Assembly (NCBI RefSeq): GCF_046119375.1
Contig: NW_027362762.1
Span: 454,832,001-454,896,000, forward strand
Source: Phyllobates terribilis
Lineage: Eukaryota
Reading direction: 5' to 3'
DNA: 64,000 nt
The notes below the pieces were generated by a model. That model was not told the origin of the DNA, ran no database searches, and was given only the letters and a program-made list of their open reading frames with translations. Each line of letters starts with the position of its first letter. The stretch's first letter is position 1. Of this stretch, positions 44,914 through 59,078 are shown in pieces. A program made the position numbers and the translations under genes.

Positions 44914-46604
44914 GGCTGTGTGCCCACGATGCGTTTTTGGTGCGTTTTTTGGTGCGTATTTGCAGCGCGTAAAAGCTCCAGAAACGCATTGCATACCTTA
45001 TCACATGACTTCCTATGACATTCTGCAAGTTCTGTGCACATGGTCAGGATTTTTTTCTGCGCGGATTTTACTCGCAGAAAAAATACGGCCATGACCAATT
45101 CTTGTGCGTTTCTGCATGCGGATTTGCCTATACAATGCATTGGAAAAACGCATGTCAAATACGCATGCAAAAACGCATCAAAAACGCGTCAAATATGCAT
45201 GTAAAAACTGCATGCGATTTTCTGCCAAGGAGATGCAGAAATGCTCAGGAAAATTTCTGCTTCAGATTTGATGCAGAGCGTTTTTGCCTCTCTCTGGCAG
45301 AAAAAACGCATGCAGATTTACATGTGTTTTTTCTGCCAGAGAGAAGCGTTTTTTCAGCGTTTTTACATGCGTTTTCGCATGCGTTTTTTCAACCAGTTTT
45401 CCAAGCGATTTTGAGCATCACTTGGAAAAGTGCTTGACAAGTTGGTCACACAATATAAATCCATGCAACCGGCATGGATTTATAATGTGTGAACAACTGA
45501 TGCTTTAGGCTGTGTGCCCACGTAGCATTTTTCAAGCGTATATGCTGCGGAATTTCCGCAGCGTAAACGCTTGAAAAACGCATGTATATCCGCACCCCAT
45601 GGTCCCCAATGGGATTCCGCAAGTTCTATGCACATGCTGCGGATTTTTCCGCAGCGTTTATGCCGCGTTCAAAAATCCGCAGCATGTCATTTAATTTTGC
45701 GTTTCCGCAAGCGGAATTGCCTTTGTCCAATGCATAAAAAACGCAAGGCAATTCCGCATGTGGAAAACGCGTGATAAACGCGCGATAAACGCGTGCGGAA
45801 TTCCGCATGCGTTTTTCCGGGAGAGGACTTGCATTTATGCAGCAGAAATTTTCTGCTTCATAAATGCAACGTGGGCACATAGCCTTAAATGCAGCATCTA
45901 TAGTTAAAAAAAGAGAATTAAAACGTTAAAAATAAAAAAAAACCTGTATACTCACCTCTCCGGTCTCCTCCAGTCTGCTCCCGGCGGCGTCCACTCTCCT
46001 CGGTGTCCCGCAGTGTACTGTCAGGACCTGCGGTAATGTCATTTAGTCAGCTGATGGTCACGCGACCATCACCTGACCGCCGACGTCAGCGGTCGCGTGA
46101 CCATCAGGTGACTAAATGACGTCACCGCAGGTCCTGACAGTACACCGCGGGACGCCAAGCAGAGAGGACGTGGCCGGGAGCAGACCGGAGGCCGCCGGAG
46201 AGGTGAATATACAGATTTTGTTTATTTTTAACTTTTTTATTTCTTTTTTTCACCTCGTGGTAGCCGGGATGAAGAGGAGTTGTAGTCTCCTCTTCATCCC
46301 GGGTACCACAAGCACCGCGATTACGCTGCAAATTCGCGGCCATTGAATTTAATTGAAACGCAGCAAATCCACATATACCTGTGGGTTTGCTGCGTTTCAA
46401 TGTTCCTCAATGGCCGCGAATTTGCAGCATAATCGCGGTAGAAATGGTCATGCTGCGTTTTGCAACGCAATGCAAATTCGGCGCGCAAATTAGCGCATCA
46501 TGTGCACAGCACATCCGAATTCACATGGCTTTGCATGGCAGACGGTTTTACAAGCTTTTTCGTAGCCGTAAAAACGCAGCAAAACCCTACGTGGGCACTT
46601 AACC
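44914..46604. mobile_element. TWA-TSD MITE (PIF/Harbinger-like) with a nested sister MITE (45508-45884) and a central palindrome (45943-46214)
   Basis: TAA|GGCTGTGTGCCCAC...GTGGGCACTTAACC|TAA; inner element TTA|GGCTGTGTGCCCAC...GTGGGCACATAGCC|TTA. Confidence 0.8.
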
Positions 46605-46732
46605 TAAGCCTTATTCTTTGTGGAGACCTCAATGTCACCTTGGATCCGACCCTGGACAACTCTAGAGGTAAATCCCACCTCTCCTATACAAATATTAGGC
46701 ATATTAAAAAAGTCTTCTCTTCATTGCAGATA

Positions 46733-46900
46733 CAGTGGGGGAAATAAGTATTTGATCCCATGTTGTTTTTGTAAGTTTGCCCACTGACAAAGACATGAAC
46801 AGTCTATAATTTTAAGGGTAGGTTAATTTTAACATTGAGAGAAAGAATATTTATAAAAAAAAAAAAAAAAAAAAATATCAAGAAAATCACATTATATAAA
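46733..46900 (+). mobile_element. Truncated Tc1 terminal fragment
   Basis: TA|CAGTGGGGGAAATAAGTATTTGATCCC typical Tc1-type end; the other end is not seen. Confidence 0.55.
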
Positions 46901-46943
46901 TTAGGTAAATTTAGGACCATGCTCCTATACTCTGTTCCATTAA

Positions 46944-49627
46944 CCACTTCGCGCCAGAGCCTGTTTTCGCATTTGTGACCAAGCCAATTATTTCAATTCT
47001 GACCACTGTCACTTTATGAAGTAATTACTCTGGAACGCTTCAACGGATTCCCCTGATTCTGAGACTGTTTTTTCGTGACATATTGTACTTCTTGATAGTG
47101 GTAAAATTTCTTCGATATCGCTTGCATTTATTTGTGAAAAAATCAGAAAATTGGCGAAAATTTTGAAAATTTTGCAATTTTCAAACTTTGAATTTCCATG
47201 CCCTTAAATCAGAGAGAGATGTCACACAAAATAGTTAATAAATAACATTTCCCACATGTCTACTTTACATCAGCACAATTTTGGAACCAACATTTTTTTG
47301 TTAGGAAGTTCTAAGGGTTAAAAGTTGACCAGCGATTTCTAATTTTTCCAACAAAATTTGAAAAACATTTTTTTAGGGACCACATCTTATTTGAAGTGAC
47401 TTTGAGGGGCCTTTATGACAGAAAATACCCAAAAGTGACACCATTCTAAAAACTGCACCCCTCAAGGTGCTCAAAACCACATTTATTAGCCCTTCAGGTG
47501 CTTCATGGGAATTTTTGGAATGTGGAAGAAAACAATGAACATTTAACTTTTTTTCACAAAAATGTTACTTTAGACACAATTTTTTTATTTTCACAAGGGT
47601 AACAAGAAAAAATGGACAACACAATTTGTAGTGCAATTTCTCCTGAGCACGCTGATACCCCATATGTGAGGGAAAAACACTGTTTGGGTGCACTGCAGGG
47701 TTCGGAAGGGAAGGAGCGCCATTAGACTTTTTGAATGTAAAATTTGTTTGAATAATTAGCGGACGCCATGTCACATTTGGGGAGCCCCTAATGTGCCTAA
47801 ACAGTGGAAACCCCCCACAAGTGCCACCATTTTGGAAACTAGACCCCTTAGGGAACTTATCTAGATGTGTGGTGAGCACCTTGAACCCCCAGGTGCTTCA
47901 CAGAAGTTTATAATATTGAGCTGTAAAAATAAAATTTTCACATTTTTCCCACAAAAATGTTTTTCATCCCTTAATTTTGCATTATCATAAGGGTAATAGG
48001 AGACATTGCTCCATGAAATTTGTTGTGCAATTTCTCATTACAGGGAATCTTCCGTCATGGGTTCCGTCTGAATCACGTATTTCAGAGATTTACACGGAAA
48101 CTCTGGTGTAAGTGCTTACCGCAGAGCCATACTGCGATCTTTGGGAGACATAATAAACAAATCAGTAGCAGGTGAAGAATTGGTTTTATTTATTTATTTA
48201 TTTTTTACGCTGTTCCTCGTGTGGTATAACTGATAAGATTACTTTATTCTTCGGGTCGGTGCGATTACAGCGATACCAGATTTATATTGGGTTTTTATGA
48301 TTGACAGCTGTCACACACTAAAAGACGCTTTTGTTTGCAAAATCTAGTTTTTGCATCGCCATATTTTGAGAGCTATAATTTTTCCATATTTCGGCCGACA
48401 GAGTCATGCGAGGGCTTTTTTTTTGCGGGACGAGATGACATTTTTATTGGTACCACTTTTGGGTACGTGACATTTTTTGATCGCTTTCTGTTCCGTTTTT
48501 TGCAAGATGAAATGAACAAAAAACAACAATTCAGGAATTGGTTTTTGAGGGTTTTATTTATGCCGTTCTGCGTGTGGTAAAAGTGATAAGGCAGCATTAT
48601 TCTTCGGTCAGTACGTTTACAGCGATACTACACTTACCATATTTTTTTTTTAATGTTTTGGCGCTTTTACACAAAACAATTTTATAGAATAAATATTTTT
48701 TTTACATCGCTTTATTCTGAGAGCTATAACTTTTTTATTTTTCGGGTGATGGAGCTGTATGGCGTCTTTTTTTTTGCGGAACAAGATGACGTTTTCAGCG
48801 GTACCATTTTTATTTCCATTTTGCTTTTTGATCGCATTTTATTCCACTTTTTGTTTGGCGATAGGATGGTAAAGCATAGTTTTTTGCTTCGTTTTTTATT
48901 TTTATTTTTTACGGTGTGCACAGAAGGAGTTAATTAGTGTGACAGTTTTATAGATCGGGTTGTTCTGGACTCGGCGATACCAAATATGTGTACTTTTTTT
49001 ATTTTTGCATAAATATACGGATTTATTGGTTTAATATTTTATTTATTTAGTGATTTTTTTTTTTTAACAGTTTGAAAACATTTTGTAGACTTTTTTTTTT
49101 ACATTTTTACTTAGTCCTTGTATGGGACATTAATTTTTATTTTTCTAATCACTGTTCTCATGCAATGCAATAGACATGTATTGCATTGCATGAGAGCTCT
49201 GCTAACAGTTTTACACTGTCAGTGTCTCCTGCTAGACTTCAGCTGCAGGCCGAGTCTAGCAGGATACCGTACATGGCAGACCCGGAGGCGGTCATGTGAC
49301 CTCCGGCTGCCATGACAACGGCAGGTCCTCTCAGACATCAGGGGGCCGTCGGAGAGGTAAGTGGACGACCCCCTCTCCTCTCACTATCTTCTAAATGTCG
49401 CGATTACTATAGATCTCGTCATCTAGAAGATAGCAAAGGGTTAACATCATTGGGACCTGATGCAATCAGGTCCCGATGATGTCCCCTGTCAGAGCTGTCG
49501 CTCTGCACTGCACCCGCAGCGCTTGCAGGACCCTGGGGGTCCTGAGCCCTGCGGGACCACCGACTGTTTATAAACGTCGGTGCTGCACAGAGCCCACGTT
49601 TATGTACAGTGTGTGGTCGGGAAGCGG
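46944..49627. mobile_element. Internally deleted inverted sister of the 25864-30322 TTAA element
   Basis: TTAA at 46940-46943 and 49628-49631; removal restores L1 CSI|KIPSS; sequence co-linear in reverse complement. Confidence 0.88.
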
Positions 49628-50791
49628 TTAAAATTCCCTCGTCCACAAAGGCGGCATGGTCGTGGCGCCTCAATGAATCACTACTATTACAGCCTATCTG
49701 CAAAACTGATGTCCAACTAACTATAGAGAATTTTGTCTCGGACCATGCCTCTGATGACACTTCTCCCCAATCAAATAGGAGTGCTTGAAATGTGTTCTGA
49801 GAGGAATCTTTATTAAACACGGTTCCAGATTGAAGAGGGAAAAAGCCCAATCTCTTAGAGACGCGCTTCAAGCGGTCTCCAAACACGAACAAGCGCACAA
49901 AAATGCCCTCTCCCCCGCAACCCTTAGAGAACTTTTAAAAGCGAGACTGGAAGTCAAACGTATTTTAGAAGCCTCATATAATCGCTTTCTACAAATTGGG
50001 TGCAGCAAATTCTATGAGTACGGTAACAAGTCTGCGAGCATGCTAGCCCGAGCTCTTAGAGACAAAATCTCACAAAATCATATCCCACGCATTAAAAATA
50101 TCCATGGCCACCAGGTCCATACCATTAACGAGATCGCGGAGGTTTTCTGAACGTATTACTCTAAATTATATAATCTCCCTGGACCGAACCTTGGTACATC
50201 TTCCCCAACCATCCCGGTTTCACCCTTTAAAAAGCTTTCGGGGGATGAGGTGAGGGATCTTGAGGCACCATTCACCCCTCAGGAATTCTCACTGATTGTG
50301 GAAGACCTCCCGGGTAATAAAAGCCCGGGTCCTGATGGTCTAACCTCTAAATTTTATAAATCTTTCCAAAGCCAATTGATCCCATTAATGTTGCAATCTT
50401 TCAATCATATCTCTGGATCCTCACCCTTTTCCCCTGCAGGTGACTTCTGCTTTTATTACGGTGATTCTTAAGGCTGGAAGAGACCCCAACTTATGCTCCA
50501 ATTATCGTCCAATCTCGTTGCTTAACATTGATATTAAAATGTACGCCAAGCTTATTGTAAACAGGCTAAACCCACTTCTACCAAAATTGGTTCAATTAGA
50601 CCAAGTGGGCTTTGTCCCTGGTAGGGAGGCCAGAGACAGCACCTTGAAAACCCTGGACATCATTAATTACGTCACGTCCCATAAAAAGCCTCTAATGATT
50701 CTGTCATTGGATGCTGAAAAGGCTTTTGACAGAGTGTCCTGGCAGTCCATCACCCAAACCCTAGACTTTATTGACCTAGGCCCCTCTCTTA

Positions 50792-51396
50792 GGGCCCCGT
50801 CACACTAAGCGATGCAGCAGCGATCCCGACAACGATACGACCTGTCAGGGATCGTTGCTGCATCGCTAATACATCGCTGGTGAGCTGTCAAACAGGCAGG
50901 CTCACCAGCGATCAGGGGAGCAGCGATATCGTGGAAAGAATCGTTCCACGATGTCCTGCTCCCGTTACCAGCCTGCTGCAAGCAGGAGCAGCCTGGTAAC
51001 TATGGTAAACATCGGGTTACTAAGTGCGCGTGTTTACCATGGATACCACTCTGCTACGGTGCGCGGGAGCCTCCGCGCACCGTAGCAGAGTGGTATCCAT
51101 GGTAAACAGCGGGTTACTAAGTGCGCGCGTGCCCCTAGTAACCCGATGTTTACCATAGTTACCAGCCAGATCGTTGGTCCCGCTGGTCACATACAGCGAT
51201 GTGTGCTGGCCAGCGGGAGGCCAACGACCAAAAAATGGTCCAGGACACTTTGCAACGATCAGCGACCTCACAGCAGGGGCCTGATCATTGCAAAGTGTCA
51301 CACACAGCGACATCGCTGGTGAGGTCGCTGGTGAGTCACCAAAACCGTGACTCAGCAGCGATATCGCTAGCGATATCGCTATGTGAGACGGGGGCT
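50792..51396. mobile_element. TTA-TSD MITE in the L1 RT region
   Basis: TTA|GGGCCCCGTCACAC...GTGAGACGGGGGCT|TTA; L1 rejoins as GPSL|KSK. Confidence 0.85.
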
Positions 51397-52496
51397 TTAA
51401 ATCCAAAACATGTACCCTTTATCAGTCCCCATCTGCAAAACTCAAAATTAACATCTCATTCTCGGAACAATTTTCAAATAAAAATGGGACGCGTCAGGGG
51501 TGTCCTCTGTCACCTCTCTTATACTGTACATTCTTGTGATGGAGAGCCTCCTGAGGGCTAGCTGTGAAAATCCTGACATCAAGGGTATTAAAAATTTAAA
51601 AACGTGAATACAAATGCTCCGCTTTTGTGGATGACCTTCTAGTATATCTTGCTAATCCGCATATATCTCTCCCCTCTCTAATGATAGAATTAAATAAGTT
51701 TGGAAAATGGTCAGGCTTTAAAATCAATGCAGATAAATCTGAACTTTCTATTGCCACCACGGACCCTCCAGACACTGAAAAGTCATTTCCCCTTCAAATA
51801 GCCCACTAATAATTCCATCAAAATCTAGGCATCTGTTCCATATGTTGGGATCTGGTTTAAAAAAAATAAATAAATAAAAAAAATTGCTTCTGAGACACCT
51901 GCTCCAAGCCGCAAAGACGATTATTCCTCGGCATTGGAAATCTTCGATTGCTCCATCCATGGAGGAAAAGGTTTCGGAGATCGCCACCACTCAGCGTATG
52001 GAGTCGCAGATTATCCACTCCCCTGAGGAAAGAGACAAATTCGCTAACAAATGGCTCCACTGGGAAGTCTTCATAGATTCTCCATTATTTAAATCAATTG
52101 TTATGTAAACTAAGCACTGGATCTGCTGTGAGTGGCTTGAGGCCCGATTAAGCCTTTACCAGGACTGATGTTCATCTACTGCCTTTTTCTAGATATTTCC
52201 CCCCTTATGTCTGTGTCCCATGTCGATATTCTCAAACATAGAAATGTGATTGAACAACAAGTATATGTTTGACCACTGGTGGACTCTGACAGAAGAGGGC
52301 CCCTGTGCAAGAACAATATAGGGGGCCTTCTGCAGCTCAATATCCCATCAATTCCACCTGCTTTGGAGGTGGATGTGGGCCCCCTTACTTCTTGGCCCCT
52401 GTGCGACCACACAGGTTGCACCAATGATATGTCCGCCCCTGTGTTTGACTAATGCTATATGAGGTTATTCTAAAACCCTCAATAAAGTTTTGAATT

Positions 52497-52830
52497 GGAA
52501 AAAAAATTGTTCCCATTATTAAGAAGTGGGTCTCCTATAGTGGTAATGCCCATGCAATAACTGCAAGGGCTGCCAAAAATTAGGACGCATTCCAATACCC
52601 CGTTGAAGAGACGTCGAGGAGGTCCTCATTAAAAAAATTGTTCCTATTATTAAGGAGTGGGTCTCCTATAGTGGTAATGCCCATGCAGTGACTGCAAGGG
52701 CTGCCAAAAAATTGGACGCACTCCAATCCCCCTTTGAAGAGATGTAAAGGAGGTCCTCATTGAAAAAAATTGTTACCATTGTTAAGGAGTGGGTCTCCTA
52801 TACTAGTAATGCCCATGCACTAAGTGCATG
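52497..52830. repeat. About 131-bp tandem repeat (about 2.6 units), hAT subterminal
   Basis: AAAAAAATTGTT..GTGGGTCTCCTATA..AATGCCCATGCA recurring at about 52500, 52631 and 52763. Confidence 0.85.
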
Positions 52831-55800
52831 GACTGAAAAACATTTACCCCTGGGGGGTATACATGAACATACTGTATAACATACAGAATATTAGAGGTAA
52901 GCCTCTAAGAAAATTTCCTACTGGCATCATAAACACCCTTAAAAAAATGATGCGGGTGTTGCATCACGGTCACCCTGGCGATATGGTGGTGGAGGATGAG
53001 GACAACAGAAAATAGACAAGATCAGGAAGCGTATACTCTTGTCTGGATGTGAATAGGTGAATGGGAATAGACTCCCCCCTCCAAAAAAAAGCCAATGGAT
53101 TTGACTTTATGTTCCGCTGCTATCATCCGGTGGTGTTGAGAAGTCTGGCCCAATCCAGTCCTTGTTCATTTTGATAAGAGTCAGCATTTTCAGTTGACAG
53201 ATGGATGCGCCTATCAGTTATAATGCCCCCGGGGGCACTGAAAACCCGCTATGACAAAACGCTAGCGGCAGGGCAGGCCAGGACCTCCAAGACATAGAGA
53301 GCCAGTTCATGCCACGTGTCCAGCTTGGATACCCAATAGTTATAAAGCACAGAAGATTCACGGAGGATGTTGGTACGGTCGGCAAGGTACTCCTTCAGTA
53401 TCTTCCAAAACTTTTCCCTCCTTGTCAGAGTACCTCGCGCATCAGGGCCTGGGCGCTGGGAGGGTCTGAGAATACTGTCACACACCTTTGACACTGTTCC
53501 CCTGCCTCTGCTGCATCGTATTTGTGTCTCCCTCGCCTTTACTCCTTGGTTGTCCAAGGAACTGTGACCTCTGCCGCCAGCGTTTTCAGAGGGGATTTTT
53601 TTTAAAAAATTCCTCAGCAAGGGCCTTCTGATACTGCAACATTTTATTAGACCTCTCTGCCACGAGAAAGAGACAGAAAGTCCTCCTTGTAGCGTGGGTC
53701 TAGAAGTGTGACCAACCAGTAATTACTGTCGGCCAAAATGTGTACAATGCGAGGGTCACGGGAAAGGCAGCTGAACATACAGTCAGCCATGTGTGCCAGA
53801 CTGCCAACAGCCAAGTCTTCCCTGTCCTGACCAAGAGGACGACTGTCCATGCTCTCCTCCTCCTGGTCCTCCTCCTTGTTCTCCCTCTCCTCAGGCCATC
53901 CACGCTGAACAGACGGTATGACTGTTGTGTGGGTAGTACCGTCTGTAGCGCAGGAAAACAGCTCCTGTTCCTCCTCCTCCTCCTCCTCATTATCACCCAA
54001 TCCGCGTTGAGATGAGAAGAGGCTGGACTGTGTGGCATCACCCTGTATGGTTCCTAGCTCCATCTCATTGTGCTCCACCTGCAATGCCTCCTCTTTAATT
54101 GTGCCCAGTGAGCATTTCAGTAGACAGAGAAGCGGGATGGGGATGCTAATTATGGTGTCATCGCCGCTCACCATCTTGGTGGAGTCCTCAAAGTTTTGGA
54201 GGATGGCACAGATGTCAGACATCCATGCCTACTCATCAGCTCTTATGTGCGGAGGCTGACCTGAATACCGACGGGCGTGTTGTACTCAACAACTGCCCTC
54301 TGCTGCTCACAAATCCCTCCCAACATATGCAACGTTGAGTTCCAATGCGTAGTGACATTGCACACCAGTCAGTGAGCTGGAAGCTGCAAACGCTGCTGAA
54401 GCACGGAGAGGGCGGCGGAAGCTGTAGTTGACTTTCGGAAATGGGCACACATGCGGCGTACTTTCACAAGCAGATCAGGTAGATCCGGGTAGGATTTGAA
54501 AAACCGCTCATCCACTAGGTTGAGCACATGGGTTAGGCATGGTACGTGTGCAAGCTTGCCTAGCTTCAGAGCTACCACCAGGTTCCAGCCATTGTAACAC
54601 ACCACCATGTCTGGCTGTAGGTTTAGTGGTGACAGCCACAGATCTGCCTGCTCTGTTACAGCTGTCAACAACTCTGCAGCGGTGTGCGGTTTGTCCCCAC
54701 AAGCACTTGTCGATGGTTAGGTGGACCTTCCCAGAAAATGCGTTGTTGAGGGCACGGGTGATGTTTTGGGACACATGCTTGTGTAAGGCGGGAATGGCAC
54801 ACTGGGAGAAATAGTGGCGGCTGGGGACCGAGTACTGAAGGATGGCAGCCGCCATCAAGTTGCGGAAACATTCTGTCTTCATGAACCTAAAAGGCAACAT
54901 TTCAGGTGTAAGCATTCCAGAAATGTGGGAGTTTAGTATTGTGGCTGTGGGGCGTTGGCTGCATATTTGCGCTTGCGTTCAGAGGACTGGGGTAGGGACA
55001 ACGGAGCGCTGCGCTGGGACAAGGACGTGGACGCTGATGGTGGTGGTTGCGAGTGTGCAGGGCGGGAGGCATCTTCGCCTGCACCATGCACAGGTGATCG
55101 GCGTTCACACACAACAGCAGAACAGGCAGTGATGTCACCTGCAGACACTGTCCCTGGACCCTGGCGTTCAGCCCAACTAGTCAGGTGCTTTTCTGTCATG
55201 TGCCTGAGCATGCTGGTGGTGGTCAGGCTGGTAGTTTTGCTGCTTCTGCTGATGCTGGCATGGCAGATGTTGCAAATGGCCTTTTTGAGGTTATCTGGAC
55301 AGTCTTTAAAAAAGAGCCAGACTCTGGAAGACGTAACAGTGGGACTGGCAACTTCCCTCGTGTTGGTGTTCCGGGGAACAGTTGCCCGCCTTGTGTCTGT
55401 GGCCACCCCACTGCTTGTTCTTGCATGTTGTGGTGCTATGCCTCCGTCGCCCTCTGTGTTGCTGTCCTCACTATGCAAGTCACCTTGCCAGGTTGGGTCA
55501 GTGACTTCATCATCCACCACCTCGTCTTCCACGTATGCACCCTGGGTCTCCTCCTGACTTTCTGGCATTTGTGTCTCACCATCATCATCCACCTCTTGCG
55601 ACAGTAATTGCACTTTCCCACTGTTGCCTTCGTGTGACCATGGCTGCTCAAATATTTGGGCATCGCTATATGTGATTGCCTCTTGCCCCGCTTGAAGCGG
55701 GCCGGGCGAGAGGCCCGATTCTATAAATGGAAAAGTTAACAGCTCTTCGGAGTGTCCAAGTGTGGGATCACTTGTCTTTGGGCACTCGGCATGGTGGAAG

Positions 55801-56790
55801 GAAGGAGGATCAGGGTGAGGAATATGTGGCCCAGACTCACGGCTACTGAGACTGGACCCTGTGGGAAACAGGGTGGTGGCGGCAAACTGACTGGAAGCAT
55901 TATCTGCTATCCAACCAACAACCTTTCCACATTGCTCTGACTCCAAGAGTGGTGTTCAGCGGCCCCCTAGAAATTGGAACAGGAAGGTAGTTCGACATGA
56001 TATGGGTTATTGTTGTGCTCCCTCAGCAGGCACAGTTTCATCTTCCCCATGGCCTTGGCCTTTGCGTGCACCATCAGCATCACGTCCACTTCCCCGTCCC
56101 TGGCCACGTGCCCTGCCCATTTTAAATGGAGTGCAATATTTGGCACGCTCAAAAAAATGTGACAATTATTACCGCAGTAATATCGGATCACGTCTGATGA
56201 CCACGGTTTTAGGCAGTGGCGTTAGAGATACGGTATTGGTCAGTGACTAAGTGTGAATAAATTGAACAACACACAACTGGCAGACTTTAAATGGAGTGTA
56301 ATATTTTGCACGCTCCAAAAAATGGCACGATTATTACGGCAGTAATATCGGATCACGTCTGTCCTGCTATCACCAGTAATATATTCAGCTGGATTAGTCC
56401 TTAGAAGGACTGTTAGTTTAGATGTGTATAGTGGAATACCTAATACCTCACTAATAAACCGCCAATTCTCTCCCTAGCTCAGCAGCACCTCTCCTTACTC
56501 TGTCTCTCTGACGGTTAGCCTGTGACGAGCATAGGGTCTGATATAGACCCGATGATGCTATGCGGCCAGCCAATCACTGTAATGCCACAACCAACATGGC
56601 TACGGCATTACAGTGACTGGCAGTCAATCCCTGCATGTTAATTGGCTGTCTGAAAAGTGGCAAAAATGCGGGGCGGGGGCCCGAGCTCCCGCCAGAGCAT
56701 TCGAAAAATACTCGCTGAGCACCAAACCTATCGAGCACTGTGATGCTCGGGCGAGTACCAAATAGTGGTGAACATGCTCGCTCATCACTA
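52497..56790 (-). mobile_element. Decayed hAT transposon (BED finger, DDE core, dimerisation domain); one terminus visible
   Basis: VWLFF..AICNICHASI..TTSMLRHMTEKH (BED); VPCLTHVLNL; WVSKLDTWHELALY..LACPAASVLS; terminus TAGTGATGAGCGAGC at 56790; frameshifts and a deletion after VHLTID. Confidence 0.88.
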
Positions 56791-58690
56791 GTAAAAAGGA
56801 AACATTTAGAAGAAAAAAAATGAAAAGAAAAATCAGTTGAAGTAAAAAAAAGTTTGTATAAAAAAAATTACAGTGACGTTCACTACATTGATTTGCGATA
56901 TAAGAGGTTACTCGGCGCTAACACAGATCGGTCACACAGCAGACAGCACATGAGACACAGCAGAAGCAGGAAATTGCAGCAGGATCCCACTGGCCACCAA
57001 TGATATTCTTTCTTTGACAGGTATTCAGGAGCTATACAACCACCGATTGCTCAGTAACTATTGTTCAACCAATCAGCGCCAAAAGGGTTAATCACCAGGG
57101 GTGACATTGTGATCACCCCATCCATTTTGACTGCTGTGATTGGTGCTGTCTCAGCGTGTCACAATGATTTTTTTCTTCTACTTTATTGTCAAATTGCTGT
57201 GATTCGCTGGTAAGAAAAGTAGTAACTGTGCTGTTTGGTATCATGCTGTGTACCACACTAAACATGGACCAAAGAAGTCTAAGGAGATAGTTATCTCCGG
57301 AGATTAAAAAGAAAATTATTGACAAACATGTCAAAGGTAAAAGCTATAGGAACATCTCCAACAGCTTGACGTTCCTGTTACTGCAGTTGCAAATATCATT
57401 CAGGAGTTTAAGGTCTATGGGACAGTAGCCAAGCGCCCTGGACGTGGCTGCAAGAGAAAATTTGATGACAAATTGAAATAAATGGATAATATGAATGGTA
57501 ACCAAAGAAGCCAGAACAACTTCCAAAGATATTACAGATGAACTCCAAGGTCAAATAGATTAGAGTTGCATTCCAAAGGTCAAGGTACATCAGTGTCAGA
57601 CTGCACCATCTGTCACTGTCTTGGCCAAAGTTGACTTCATGGAAGACAATCGAGGGGCAAACTACTGTTGACAGCTAATCATAAAATAACGTGACTGGAA
57701 TTTGCCAAAATGCATACTGACAAGCAGGGGTGGATTAAGAGTAGCAAGGGCCCCGGGCAGTTTAGAAGGCGCGCCCCCCCCCCCCCCCCCCCACCTGATT
57801 TATCACGTGACATGTCACATGATCCCCTGTGATAGATCATGTGATAGTTCACGGGAAATTAATTTGGCACAATATTAATTGTGCTGCCCAATCTGAGAGC
57901 AGCACAATATTGGGGCAGATACCCTGATTCCAGCGATGTGTCACTTTTTCAGCTGCTTGTTGTCATTTTGAGAAAATCACCGTTTTATCTGCTGCAGATC
58001 TAGCAGCTCTCTGAATGCTGCGCTCTGTATAGCCCCGCCCACACCACTGATTGGCAGCTTTCTGCCCATGCTCAGTGTACACAGAAATCTACTGATCAGT
58101 GATGGGGGTGGGGTCCTACAGAACTTACTAGTCATCTAGTGATAATTACCTTCTGACAAATCAATGATTTTATCAAAACAACACTAAGCAGCCCAGTAAG
58201 TGACACATTACTGGAATCAGTGCCTCTAACCCTACATTATGCTGCTCTCAGATTAGGTGGCAAAAACCTGATGACAGATTCCCTTTAAAGGAGCTGTAAA
58301 CACAAAAAGGTTTGTATTAAAAAAAATACAAGCCATTTGTGAAATTAACTTTTTTTCATTGTTAATTCACATTAGACTGTATCTTCAACACTTTTGTCAG
58401 CAGGTCTTATTACAGACTCTGAATAGGGCAGCTCTCTCCCTCTCCCTCAGCAGAAAGTCACAGCATGGTTAAAAAACGGGATCTTTTATGATTTTCTCAT
58501 AATAAATAAAAAAGGACATGCAAGTCCTCCAAACTATTTTCCGTTTCTCTATAGGGGAGGTCCCAAATCTTTCTTGTTCTTTAGTTGATCACATGTCAAA
58601 AAGGCAAAGCATTTACTATGAACTCGCCTAAAAAAATATGCACTTGGAGAGTAATATTATCATCTGCATGTAAATATTCCTTGACTCTAA

Positions 58691-59078
58691 GGGCTCGCTC
58701 ACACTGTCGTATAACACGGCCGAATGCTATGTGATGTTTTATCGGATAGGACTCGGCCCTATGTTATACTATGGGACAGTGCGATTATTGGCATGAGAAA
58801 ATAATCTCATTCGATATTCGGACCATGTGCACCCATACAAGTCTATAGGTGCACGTAAAACATTGGACTGCACTCGGATGTCATCCAAGTGAAGTCCGAT
58901 GAACACTCACAGAGACTATGGAGAAGATGGAGAAAGTAAGTTCTCCATCTTCTCCATATCTGTGCTGCGAGAGAATCGGATCACACTCAGTTGAAGCTCT
59001 GAGTTTGAGCCGAGTGTCATTAGCATAATTGGCCCTATTCTCTTGCATGAGAGAATATATGGCTTAGTGAGTGGACCC
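58691..59078. mobile_element. TAA-TSD MITE
   Basis: TAA|GGGCTCGCTCACAC...GTGAGTGGACCC|TAA. Confidence 0.7.

Larger units (their letters stand above)
44509..52507 (+). pseudogene. LINE-1 ORF2 (APE endonuclease plus RT) with 3' tail, split by at least four insertions and an internal deletion
   Basis: MADLNIVSFNAKGLN..CFQET; GDLN; DHAP; WRLNESLL; SPGPDG; YRPISLLNIDIK; DAEKAFDRV; GTRQGCPLSP; FVDD; AATAAA at about 52480 and an A tail. Confidence 0.92.
21501..57087. mobile_element. Inferred shell of a TTAA (piggyBac-type) element; surviving pieces at 21501-21536, about 41150-42157, 43815-44470 and about 56791-57087
   Basis: TTAA|CCCCTTC.. at 21497-21507 and ..AAAGGG|TTAA at 57082-57091. The left end CCTGTTTTCATCTTCCT(T/G)AC continues plausibly at 41150 (CAATTTTTTCTATTCTGACCAGTGTCAC), as in the related copy at 46944. 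Confidence 0.5.
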
